From: a bacterium
Lineage (GTDB): Bacteria > Hinthialibacterota > Hinthialibacteria > Hinthialibacterales > Hinthialibacteraceae
Length of the DNA: 37,587 nucleotides
NCBI GenBank assembly: GCA_963663405.2
Contig: CAXXSM010000121.1
Location: 1-37,587 of the forward strand
Reading direction: 5' to 3'
Translations under genes and position numbers: made by a program
The notes under the pieces: model-generated
Told to the model about the DNA's origin: nothing
What the model saw: only the letters and a program-made list of their open reading frames with translations
Databases searched by the model: none
Shown here: positions 1 through 9,252 of the stretch, in pieces
How the letters are laid out: the number at the start of each line of letters is the position of its first letter
How positions within the stretch are numbered: the stretch's first letter is position 1

Positions 1-1254
1 GATTTACTGCCACAAATCAAAAACACAGAATCGTCCCCCGGAAGTTATTATCATAACTGGATACGCTGATTCGGATGGCGCGGAATTGGCGATTAAACAT
101 GGCGCGTGGGATTATATCGAAAAAGGAGCCGGAATCGAAACGATCAAACTCCCGCTTCTTCGAGCTGTACAGCATCGAAAAGAACTCATGCGGCAACGCA
201 CGACACTCGCTTTAGACCGGGAGGAGATCATTGGAAATAGTCCATTGATGAAACAATGCTTCAATCAATTGGCCAAGGCGGCCACTAGTGACGCCAATGT
301 GTTAATCACAGGAGAAAGCGGCACAGGAAAAGAACTGTTAGCGCTTGCGCTTCATTCAAATAGCCCTCGATCCAACGGTGATTTTGTTACCGTTGACTGC
401 GCTTCCCTCCCCGAAACTTTAGTGGAAAGTTTGTTGTTTGGACATGAAAAGGGCGCATTTACCGGCGCGGAACAAAAGCGGGATGGATTAATTGCGCAAG
501 CGAATGGAGGAACGCTCTTTTTAGATGAAATCGGAGAACTGTCATTGGATCTCCAAAAATCGTTTCTCCGGGTTTTACAAGAACGCCGCTTTCGGCCTAT
601 CGGCAGTAAAAAGGAATTTTCCAGTGATTTTCGCTTGGTTTCAGCGACAAAATAAAAATTTGAATGACTTGATCGATCAAGGAGCCTTTCGAAACGATCT
701 TTTCTACCGGTTGCAGGCGTTTCACATTCATCTTCCCCCTTTGCGCGATCGAAAGAAAGATATCCGGGATATTTCGATTCAACACTTGGCTAATTTAAGT
801 GAAAAATCTGGACTCGGACCGAAATCTTTGTCGACGGAGTTTTTTGACGCATTGATGGCCTATGATTGGCCGGGCAATGTGCGGGAATTGAAGCACGCCT
901 TGGATGAGGCTTTTTATTCATCAACAATCGAACCGGTTTTGTATTCACAGCATTTACCCGATCAAGTCCGCATTGAAATTACAAAAAGAAAACTGTCAAC
1001 TAATCAACATAAAGAACTCGTCTCACTCTCGCAGCCGTCTGAGCATGATGAGTTCCATAGTTATGCTGAATATAAAAAACGCCATGGAACTTCGTTATTT
1101 TCGATCTTTAATGATGGCCTGTGATGGGGATATCTCTAAAGCCTGTCATCTCTCAGGAGTTTCCCGGTCTGGGATTTATCACATTTTTAAAGAAACATCG
1201 CTTGCTGGAAAGCGAATCCTGAATCCCACTAAAAAACACATCCAAGTCCAATAA
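1..1254 (+). CDS. NtrC/AtoC-type sigma-54-dependent response regulator (5' partial; split over three frames, probably by sequencing indels)
   Basis: End of a receiver domain (AIKHGAWDYIEK), Walker A GESGTGKE, GAFTGA loop, Walker B LFLDEIGE, FRNDLFYRL, WPGNVREL and a Fis-type HTH (GDISKACHLSGVSRSGIY) across ORFs 86-655, 525-1124 and 904-1254. Confidence 0.93.
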
Positions 1255-1280
1255 TTTGGACGTAATCTAAATTTTTGGAC
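1246..1280. promoter_or_regulatory. Tandem palindromic upstream activator sites for a bacterial enhancer-binding protein
   Basis: GTCCAA-N4-TTGGAC (1246-1261, perfect inverted repeat) and ATCTAA-N4-TTGGAC (1265-1280), about 90-120 bp upstream of a -24/-12 element. Confidence 0.65.
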
Positions 1281-1363
1281 ATTATCCCCGGCGCCATAAC
1301 GTATTCTCCACGATCAATATTTCTAAGTTTATATAATTCTGCAAGTTATGCAATACGTTAATT

Positions 1364-1380
1364 TTGGTATGAATCCTGCG
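1364..1380 (+). promoter_or_regulatory. Sigma-54 (-24/-12) promoter
   Basis: TTGGTATGAATCCTGC: GG (1366-1367), N10, GC (1378-1379); matches TGGYAYR-N4-YTGC; lies just downstream of a sigma-54 activator gene and 43 bp upstream of the 1423 ATG. Confidence 0.7.
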
Positions 1381-1422
1381 TTGCAAAAGGTGCGTCTACA
1401 TTGATTTTAGAAGAGAAAAACA

Positions 1423-1791
1423 ATGGATCACTTCATTAGCTTGCCTGATACGATACCGAGTGATCTTGGTTTATTAGAAAAAATAACAGAAAAAAATGCA
1501 AAATCGAATATCCATATATTCAACCATCCATCAATTTGTTCCAGAGAATTACTCTCAAATCACTATCGAAAGCGAGTGTTGATTTTATACATTGAAAAAG
1601 TGGAAGATGTGGAGATTTTTTCTCAGATCAAAAACCTTATTTCAGATGTCCCCATCTTCATTATCCTGTTAAGTCAAGATCCTTCGATCCGTAAATTATG
1701 TCAGAAACTAAGACCAAAATTGATTTGTCACCGGAAAAGTGACTTTAGTGATTTTGTGTTGATTCTTAGTGAATTAGAAAAAAAACAATAA
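1423..1791 (+). CDS. Hypothetical protein, possibly a degenerate receiver-like fold
   Basis: 122-aa ORF with ATG start and alternating beta/alpha pattern (VLILYI, PIFIILL); no canonical phospho-acceptor motif recognised. Confidence 0.55.
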   Translation: MDHFISLPDTIPSDLGLLEKITEKNAKSNIHIFNHPSICSRELLSNHYRKRVLILYIEKVEDVEIFSQIKNLISDVPIFIILLSQDPSIRKLCQKLRPKLICHRKSDFSDFVLILSELEKKQ

Positions 1792-2900
1792 GTTTTCTGT
1801 TATTAATTCAAAGATGCTTTGTTTTTAAGACATATTTTAGCTTTAAAAAGGCTTGATAAATATACAGCGCCGTTCGCAGATAAAAGGAGAAAAGTCATGA
1901 TGAGATGGAAAAACATTAAGTTGCGTGGTAAGTTTTTTGCTGGATTTGGATTAGTAATTCTATTATTAATTGTTGTCGCTTGTTGGGCAATCACTGGGAT
2001 CGGAGGGATTGTATCGAATGCGGAAGAAGTCATCGCCGGCAACGCCTTGCGGGGAGAGATGGCGCAGAAAGAAGTGGATCACTTAAATTGGGCGTCCCAG
2101 GTCTGTTCATTATTTACCAATAAAAACGTGACACAATTGACGGTTCAAACCGATCACCATAAGTGTGCGTTTGGTCAGTGGTTGTACAGTGAAAAACGAC
2201 GGGCGGCGGAAGCGTTGATTCCTGCGTTGAAACCATTATTCGCCGCAATGGAAGAGCCTCATGAACGTCTTCACGCCTCGGCGATCGAAATTAAAAATAA
2301 CTACCAGGCGGCGGATCTTGAACTGGGTAATTTTCTACGTGAAAAAAAAGTGGATCATCTGGCGTGGGCTCATAAAGTTAAAGATGTATTTGTGGATACT
2401 TCGATCCACAAAATCGATGCGGAATCCGATCCTAAAAAATGTGATTTAGGAACGTGGATGTATTCGGCGGAAACATTGCAAAGAAAGAAAAGTGATCCAG
2501 TGTTCTCCGCGGCTTGGGACGCCTTGGAAGAACCTCACATTCAACTTCATCAAAGTGTTATTCATATTCAGCGCTTATTGGATGAAGGTAAACGGGAAGA
2601 AGCCGCCGCGTATTATATGCAAAATACAAAACCGGTCGCCTACGTATGCCTGGATAAAATCGGGCTCTTCGCTGAATCGAGTGGGTAGATTTGGGGAAGG
2701 CTTTCCTCCATCCTCCCGAAGATATATCGCTTACGTACCAATCCCGACGAGATAAACTAACAAGAAGGGCGGTGCTAGACCGTCCTTCGACAGTCTTCTT
2801 GGTCAGCACTCAGTTCGCGTCCCCGCAAGGTCCGATCCTCCGCCCAGGCTAAAGGCAAAGATCCCAATCCCAAGAGAGAGAGAGAGAGAGAAGGAAGAGA

Positions 2901-4156
2901 ATGAAGAACCAAGAATTATTCCGGTTAGCGTTAGGTTTGAGTGAGCCATGGCAGGTCGTCCAGGCCGAGTTTCCTGAGGAAGAAAAAACCTTGCACCTCA
3001 CGCTGGACTTTCCCGAGGGGAGTCTGTTTCCCTGTCCCGAATGCGGGAACCTGTGTGGAGTGCATGATACGAAAACGACGCACTTGGAGGCATCTGAATT
3101 TCTTTCAGTATGAGACGTATTTACACGCCCGGCAACCTCGTGTGAAATGTCCCAATCATAAAGTCAAGACAGTGAATCTTCCCTGGGCCCGTCCGGGGGC
3201 GGGATTTACGTTGTTATTTGAAGCGTTGGTCATGGCACTGGCGGAGAATGGGATGACGGCCAATGCGATCAGCCGAGTGGTCGGAGAATATGACACGCTG
3301 ATTTGGCGAGTGCTGACTCATTATGTGATGGACGCGCGAGAGAGGGAGGATTTTTCGGGAGTGAAGGCGGTGGGGGTGGATGAGACCTCAAAGGCCAAAG
3401 GGCACAATTATGTCAGCGTATTCATGGATTTGGACGAGCGCAGCGTGATGTTTGCCACCGATGGAAAGGACGCTCAAACGGTGGGGGCGTTCAAAGAGGA
3501 TTTAGAGACGCATAACGGAAAGGCGGAGCAGGTGGAGGAATTTTGTTTGGATATGTCCCAGGCGTTTTCAATCCGGGATTGAAGCCAATTTCCCGGCCGC
3601 CGAAATGACATTTGATGAATACCACCTGATGAGGATTATCAATCAAGCTGTGGACGAAGTGCGCAAACAAGACCAAGCGATTTATCCCGAATTATTGAAG
3701 GGGACGAAGTATATTTGGCTGAAGAATGAATGGAATCTCACGGACAAGCAAGAGAAGAAACGGAACGAAATTTTTCAAGATGTACGAGGGAGCAAATTGA
3801 AGACGGTGAAAGCCTACCATCTGCGATCCGTGTTCCAAGACGTGTTTTCGTTCGACGATCCGGAGGAGGGGGAATCGTTTCTTAAAAAGTGGTATTATTG
3901 GGCGACTCACAGCCGGATTGAGCCTATGATCAAGGCCGCGAAAACGATCAAGGAGCACTGGGCTGGTGTGGTGCGTTGGTTTACTTCGCGAATCAACAAT
4001 GGTCTGTTGGAGGGGATGAATAGCCTGATCCAAGCCGCCAAGGCCCGTGCGAGAGGCTATCGCAACGTCAACAATTTAATCACTACCATCTATTTGATTG
4101 GAAGCAAGTTGGAATTCAATCTTCCCAAGGTTCTTCCCTCGCCCCACACGAAATAG
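2901..4156 (+). CDS. ISL3-family transposase (two apparent frameshifts)
   Basis: Zinc finger CPECG..C, WRHLNFFQY, GVDETS..KGHNYVSVF, CLDMSQAF, FDEYH, NNGLLEGMNSLIQAAKARARGYRN. Confidence 0.95.
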
Positions 4157-4280
4157 TAATACGGCTTGAATCGTTCCCGTTTCTGCAGGCAAGCCGCCAA
4201 AACTAAGCAAAAGACACCGGATGAAACCGGCTGAGTCTCTCCGGTCTGCGATTCATGATCAGTAATCCGAACGAGTGAGG

Positions 4281-4438
4281 GCTTGTGGATTCTGCCATCT
4301 TATGGACAAACCGCCGATACTCTGGGTGAGAAGAGAAAGTTCCTGCCGGTTTTGCCCACAAGATTTGGACAGCCACCTGCGAAAGATTAGGGGGAATGAG
4401 AAAGATTATTGAGGCGCCTGACCACAGACTCCACAAGC
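4281..4438. other. Three-stem structured DNA/RNA motif inside the ISL3 3' extension
   Basis: Outer stem 4281-4294/4425-4438 (13/14 complementary); inner stem 4299-4313/4347-4362; weaker inner stem 4366-4373/4416-4424. Confidence 0.7.
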
Positions 4439-4542
4439 ATGCGGCACATAAAGATATGGTTCTTTTTTCTTCGATAAAATCCAGACCCGCAAACGGATCG
4501 ATGGAGGGCAATCCTACTGCAAAATACTTGTCGCTTAACAGA

Positions 4543-4649
4543 TATCGAAACGTCTACAAGTTGATCGTAACCATCTGTTTGGCAGAGGAAAATTGGAATG
4601 TAATCTTCTCGAGGTTCTACCCTCTACCCACATGAAATAGCGAAGAGGC
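4543..4649 (+). repeat. Diverged second copy of the transposase 3' end plus right IR (first copy 4058-4165)
   Basis: TATCGAAACGTC..ACCATCTGTTTG..TTGGAATGTAATCTTCTCGAGGTTCTACCCTCTACCCACATGAAATAG aligns with TATCGCAACGTC..ACCATCTATTTG..TTGGAATTCAATCTTCCCAAGGTTCTTCCCTCGCCCCACACGAAATAG. Confidence 0.85.
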
Positions 4650-5924
4650 TAAAATCGACGCTATCCTGGCTTGGCATGACGCCAAAGTAAAAGGAATGCA
4701 AAAAAGCGAGTGAAATATACGCCGGCCAGACGTTGCCCGCTTTAAAAGAAGTGCAAAACCTTCTGGGGCAAATCAATACAACCGTTTTGGACAATTTAAT
4801 GACTGATGAAGTGATGTTGCATAAAGCGTCTCAAACAAGATTGATTGTAATTGTATTGAGTGTCATTGCATTGTTCGTTGGAATCATTATCGCATGGACA
4901 ATCTACCGGGGGATCTGTGGTCCGTTGGAAAAAGGGATATCGTTAGCGCAGACAATCGCCAGTAAAGATCTAACGCAGTCGATTGATATCGATCAAAACG
5001 ATGAGATCGGTATATTAGCAAAAGCGTTGAATCAAATGACAGAGGATCTGAATATCTTTCTCACACAAATTGATCAGGCGACGAAACAGGTCGCGTCCAG
5101 TTCGGAAGAATTATCCGCATCCTCCCAAAATTTAGCGAACGCGGCGACAGAGCAGGCGGCGAATTTGGAAGAGACCTCCGCGTCCATAGAACAATTGACG
5201 TCATCGATTGAGCAAACCGCGAAAAATGCCAATGATACGGATGGGGTTTCATCGAAAGCGGCTTATGATGCGGATAGAGGGGGACAAGCGGTTATGGACA
5301 CAGTCAACGCGATGAAAAAAATAGCGGAGCAGATCTCGATTATTGATGATATTGCGGATCAGACGAATCTATTGGCGTTAAACGCCGCCATCGAGGCGGC
5401 TCGCGCCGGTGAAATGGGCAAAGGATTCGCCGTCGTCGCTGTTGAAGTGCGTAAATTGGCCCGAACGAAGTCAAGTCGCGGCGAAAGAAATCAGTGAAGT
5501 GGCGATGAGCAGTGTCGATAAAGCGGAAGAAGCGGGACAACTCATCAATAAAATTGTACCGAGTATAAAAAATGCGTCCATATTGGTTCAGCAGATTAAT
5601 ATGAATTGCTTGGAAACAAACGGAAGGGGCGGAGCAAATTCGCAACGCCGTCGGACAACTCGATCAAGTCACACAACAAAATTCCGCGACCAGTGAAGAA
5701 TGCGCGTCCGCTAGTGAAGAATTATCATCCCAAGCCATGTCTCTCCAAGAATTAGTCGCCCAATTTAAACTCAAAAACAGTGATGGATATAGACCGATGG
5801 CCAATCAGCGAGGATTGACGCAACCAACCGAAATTTACGCCAAAGCGCTGCCCCCCGCTGGGTTTTAAAATTCGCTGTAATGTTGGATATGATTGTGAAT
5901 GGCTATTGATTCAGACTCGCCAGT

Positions 5925-7811
5925 TTAATTATTTCCCTTTGACATATTTGCTCTGCCATTAACAATTTCGGAGGCGATCTGGAGCCGCGTCTCTTCCCAG
6001 CGTTCAGGATCGTGCTTCCATTTTCCTGGCGGTTGAGTACCCGCCTGATCGAGCGCACAGGGAACAATCTGTTGGACAACGTTGTTCATGGTGTCCGGTT
6101 TGCCGTATGTATTGGCCAACATCCATAAGTATTCATAGTCTTGAACGCCTCGGCGCAATGACTTCAACCGGATCGAAGGACATAAGTTTTTAATCCCAAC
6201 GAATGAGCCATCATAGACAAGACAGGCGTCTCCATTTCCCCGCGCGCCCGCTTCGCCGGTCCAAGGATTAGTCCATCGTTTCATTCCACGCGCCCCGTAG
6301 GTCCATTCCCAAATGCAGGCGGAAGTCAATCCGTATCGCATCCCAATCCAAGGCCATGTTCGAAGTCCGATCAATTCAGCGTCGATATAGCAACTGCCGA
6401 TGCAAGGTTCTCCAGAAGTATTCGAAAAGTAAAACCAGATATCTTTTCCCTGTTTTCGTAGCGTAGCGGTCTCTTTCGCCGAGATATATTTCCAAGCCCC
6501 GCAAACCACCCACATGTTGATCTCATCCAATTTTTCAATGAGATAGTCCGGTGTCCATTCCGGGATATGTTCGCTGATATTCCGCAGCGCGCCGCTGTCA
6601 AAGCGGTATCGAAATCGGGAAGGATCTTTCAATCCCGCCGACCAGAGAAGTTTCCCATAGTATTCAACCCACTCATGCCCTTCCTTCGTTTTGCACTCAT
6701 CAAAATCGTTGATGAAAAAAACGAGTGTAGTCTCTTTCCACCCTTTATCATCATAATGCTGTTCAATCTGCTTTAGAACTTCTTGATAGGATCGTTCGTG
6801 ATCAGGATCTCCATAGGGGACGGCTTTGCCCAACCAACACTTATTTCCGGTGAAGGGGAGATAGACTCGCGCAATCGGACGCCCCATTCCCGGTCCGTAA
6901 TAGTTATATTTCGAAGTAAAGGCGGAACCATCCAAGAATGGAGAGAGTGTTTCGTCATAAGACTGCCAATCGATTTTTATATTGGCGCCACGTCCTTGGA
7001 ACGGAGGTTTGGGATTGAATGATTCACAGAGACATCGATGCCTGTGAGCGATTTGGAAATAATCCATTGTCCGGTTGGCGTCTCGGAACGGTTGCCCATA
7101 GGCGTTCAAACTGGGAATGAAATGATATTCGTCTGGAAGTGTGTAATCTTTGACTTCCAACTCGATTGGGATGGGATGTTTGAAATCCGTTTCCCCTGTC
7201 TTTCCTTGAATTACAATAGTACTTTTATAGAGACCTGCAGACGTTGTTTTAGGAATGAAAATATCCAGCCAAAAGGTTTGGTTTTGTTGATTTGGGATAC
7301 CATTCATTGGATCGGGAACGGAGAACGGCGAGCCGAATGTTCTCAATCCATCTTTGTTTAAAGGGATCAGGACTTCGGGATACCAACCAAGGCCGATCGG
7401 TTTGATATAGGCTTCCGAAGGACGAGTTACTTCGATATACCACTCTTTAAATAGAGTAATATTTTTTTCGCTGGGTATCGTCTCCGGCCCCTTTAGATCG
7501 TCAATATCGATTGTAATACCCGACAAAACGCAGTTCTTTCTTTCAAGAATAATCTGAGCGGAGAGATATTCATTCCGTCCTCCCCAGAGAACCATTTTGT
7601 TGTGATTTCCATCCTGGCGCCAAACGGAATTCTGGTTTCGATATTCAGGACGCCATCGGTCATCTGGTGGATACGCGTCGCTGTTTTCGAACACATGCCC
7701 AGTTTGTGGATTCACTCGAACGCTATCAGGCGCCACCCATATAGCGATAGATGAATATGCGGAATTAATACAAAGAAGAAAGCAAAATAGGAACAATTGA
7801 ATAATTTTCAT
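5925..7811 (-). CDS. Secreted DUF4091 / GH123-like putative glycoside hydrolase
   Basis: Sec signal peptide (MKIIQLFLFCFLLCINSAYS), GGRNEYLSAQI, QNQTFWLDIFIP..GLY and the C-terminal DUF4091 signature GDACLVY..PSIRLKSLRRGVQDYEYLWML. Confidence 0.75.
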   Translation of the reverse strand: MKIIQLFLFCFLLCINSAYSSIAIWVAPDSVRVNPQTGHVFENSDAYPPDDRWRPEYRNQNSVWRQDGNHNKMVLWGGRNEYLSAQIILERKNCVLSGITIDIDDLKGPETIPSEKNITLFKEWYIEVTRPSEAYIKPIGLGWYPEVLIPLNKDGLRTFGSPFSVPDPMNGIPNQQNQTFWLDIFIPKTTSAGLYKSTIVIQGKTGETDFKHPIPIELEVKDYTLPDEYHFIPSLNAYGQPFRDANRTMDYFQIAHRHRCLCESFNPKPPFQGRGANIKIDWQSYDETLSPFLDGSAFTSKYNYYGPGMGRPIARVYLPFTGNKCWLGKAVPYGDPDHERSYQEVLKQIEQHYDDKGWKETTLVFFINDFDECKTKEGHEWVEYYGKLLWSAGLKDPSRFRYRFDSGALRNISEHIPEWTPDYLIEKLDEINMWVVCGAWKYISAKETATLRKQGKDIWFYFSNTSGEPCIGSCYIDAELIGLRTWPWIGMRYGLTSACIWEWTYGARGMKRWTNPWTGEAGARGNGDACLVYDGSFVGIKNLCPSIRLKSLRRGVQDYEYLWMLANTYGKPDTMNNVVQQIVPCALDQAGTQPPGKWKHDPERWEETRLQIASEIVNGRANMSKGNN

Positions 7812-7873
7812 TATCAGATCTCTTCCTTGATTCCTGGTCTCATCCGGCAATTACGTCATTCCGTGGAATAGGT

Positions 7874-9130
7874 TTATACCAGTTCTCTCGTCTCAACATT
7901 ATAAGACAGCCGATGGCCTGTTTTGATCGATTGATAAGCAAGAATCGCGGCGGTGGAATGCGCGTATCCGGCGTGTACATCCGCATTGGTTTTTGGATTC
8001 CCCACGCGGATACACTCCAGCCAGTTTTTCAAATGCGCGTTTGCAGAGCCCCAATTACGAGCGTTTTCCGCTCCTTCCGCTTGAACCGGTTTCTGTATCT
8101 GCTTGTCGCCCGCTCCACCATCGCCTGTCGCTGTCAGCGTTCCCGTATCGAAACTTCCGTTTGTTCCACGGAAGATGACTTCTGAACCACCATACGAATT
8201 CCCAAGCCGGGAGACAAACCGAACCATGAAACCTTTGGGATATAGATACAGCGACTCCATTGTATCCGCCAGCTGACGGTCATCTCCCCAAACAAGATTC
8301 CCTCCCAACGCGACGCCATAAATGGGCAGTGGATCGTCCAAATACCAAAGAGGCACATCGATGACATGCGCTCCCAAAAGGCCCGCCAGGCCGTTTGTGA
8401 AATCTTCGTACAAATGCCAGCACCGGTAACGCCGGGGATCAAATTCTTCATCGGGAAGATCCATGATATATTGTTTCCAATCGACATCTTCCCGTTTTAC
8501 ATCAGAATAATCCCGCCGCCAGCTGGGAGTATTGCGATTATAAAAACACTCCACCTCACTGATCGTACCGAGTATGCCGGACTGAATGAGTTTCTTCCCA
8601 TTTTGCTGTGGAATGGAACTGCGGCGTTGAGTTCCCACTTGGCAGACGATGTTATTTTTTACAACCGCGTCAACGGCGGCGTTCGCGTCATGCATATTGG
8701 TCGCCATGGGTTTTTCAACATAGGCGTGTTTCCCCGCGTTGGCGGCTTCCGCCAATATGGGAGAATGGGCGAAATCCGGTGTCGCGATGATTACCGCGTC
8801 TACATCCTTGTTTTGAAGAATCTCTCTATAGCGCGTAGAAGTAATCGGTTGTTTTCCTGTTTGCTCTTGTAGGAGTGAAGCGTTCTTTTCAATCGCGGGT
8901 TTCCATACATCCGCTAGCCCCATCACCTGAACATTGAGTTCTTGGGAGAAGCCTTGCGCGACTTGCCATAAATGAGAGCCGCGTCCTCCACAGCCGATCG
9001 ACGCGATATTGACACGGTCATTCGCCCCTAACACGCTTCCCGGTGAGAATACTTGACCGAGTGTGATCCCTGCGGCGGCGGCGCTGTTTCTCTTTACAAA
9101 ATCACGCCGGTTGGTTTTAGCCGTTATCAT
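7874..9130 (-). CDS. Tat-exported Gfo/Idh/MocA-family oxidoreductase
   Basis: Twin-arginine NRRDFVK; Rossmann IGCGGRG, DAVIIATPDFAH, YVEKPM, QVGTQRRS, GAHVID. Confidence 0.92.
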   Translation of the reverse strand: MITAKTNRRDFVKRNSAAAAGITLGQVFSPGSVLGANDRVNIASIGCGGRGSHLWQVAQGFSQELNVQVMGLADVWKPAIEKNASLLQEQTGKQPITSTRYREILQNKDVDAVIIATPDFAHSPILAEAANAGKHAYVEKPMATNMHDANAAVDAVVKNNIVCQVGTQRRSSIPQQNGKKLIQSGILGTISEVECFYNRNTPSWRRDYSDVKREDVDWKQYIMDLPDEEFDPRRYRCWHLYEDFTNGLAGLLGAHVIDVPLWYLDDPLPIYGVALGGNLVWGDDRQLADTMESLYLYPKGFMVRFVSRLGNSYGGSEVIFRGTNGSFDTGTLTATGDGGAGDKQIQKPVQAEGAENARNWGSANAHLKNWLECIRVGNPKTNADVHAGYAHSTAAILAYQSIKTGHRLSYNVETRELV

Positions 9131-9252
9131 TATTTGATCTCCTCTTCTGTATGCTGATGTGGTGTTGAATGGTTTCATTATTCCAAATTAGAGAAGGAGA
9201 GTCTACCTGGGAGAGTATGTGTCTAGAGTCGTGAAATTTAAAACGGATTATC

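Larger units (their letters stand above)
2663..4649 (+). mobile_element. ISL3-family insertion sequence, 1987 bp
   Basis: IRL GGCTCTTCGCTGAATCGAGTGGGTAGA; IRR TCTACCCACATGAAATAGCGAAGAGGC; 8-bp target duplication TAAAATCG at 2655-2662 and 4650-4657. Confidence 0.95.
1897..5868 (+). pseudogene. Methyl-accepting chemotaxis protein with two extracytoplasmic CZB domains, interrupted by ISL3
   Basis: AGGAG RBS then ATG 1897; TM1; two CZB domains (DHLNW..HKCAFGQW..PHERLH and DHLAW..KKCDLGTW..PHIQLH). Removing the IS and one TSD restores the frame ...VCLDKIDAILAWHD. Then TM2, HAMP ([13 protein letters not shown]) and signalling hairpin [27 protein letters not shown]; stop at 5866-5868; a few further 1-bp indels. 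Confidence 0.9.

Noticed and set aside
2901-4156. Programmed ribosomal frameshifting in the ISL3 transposase
   Set aside because: ISL3 transposases are normally single ORFs, and neighbouring genes show the same scattered indels
4216-4260. ACCGGA..TCCGGT hairpin with GAAA/CTGA as a hammerhead ribozyme
   Set aside because: The CUGANGA and GAAA core elements are not in the required order and stem context on either strand
4396-4635. 79-aa ORF, and antisense ORF 4203-4511, as IS passenger genes
   Set aside because: The C-terminus is the decayed duplicate of the transposase end and the rest overlaps the structured motif; no recognisable domain
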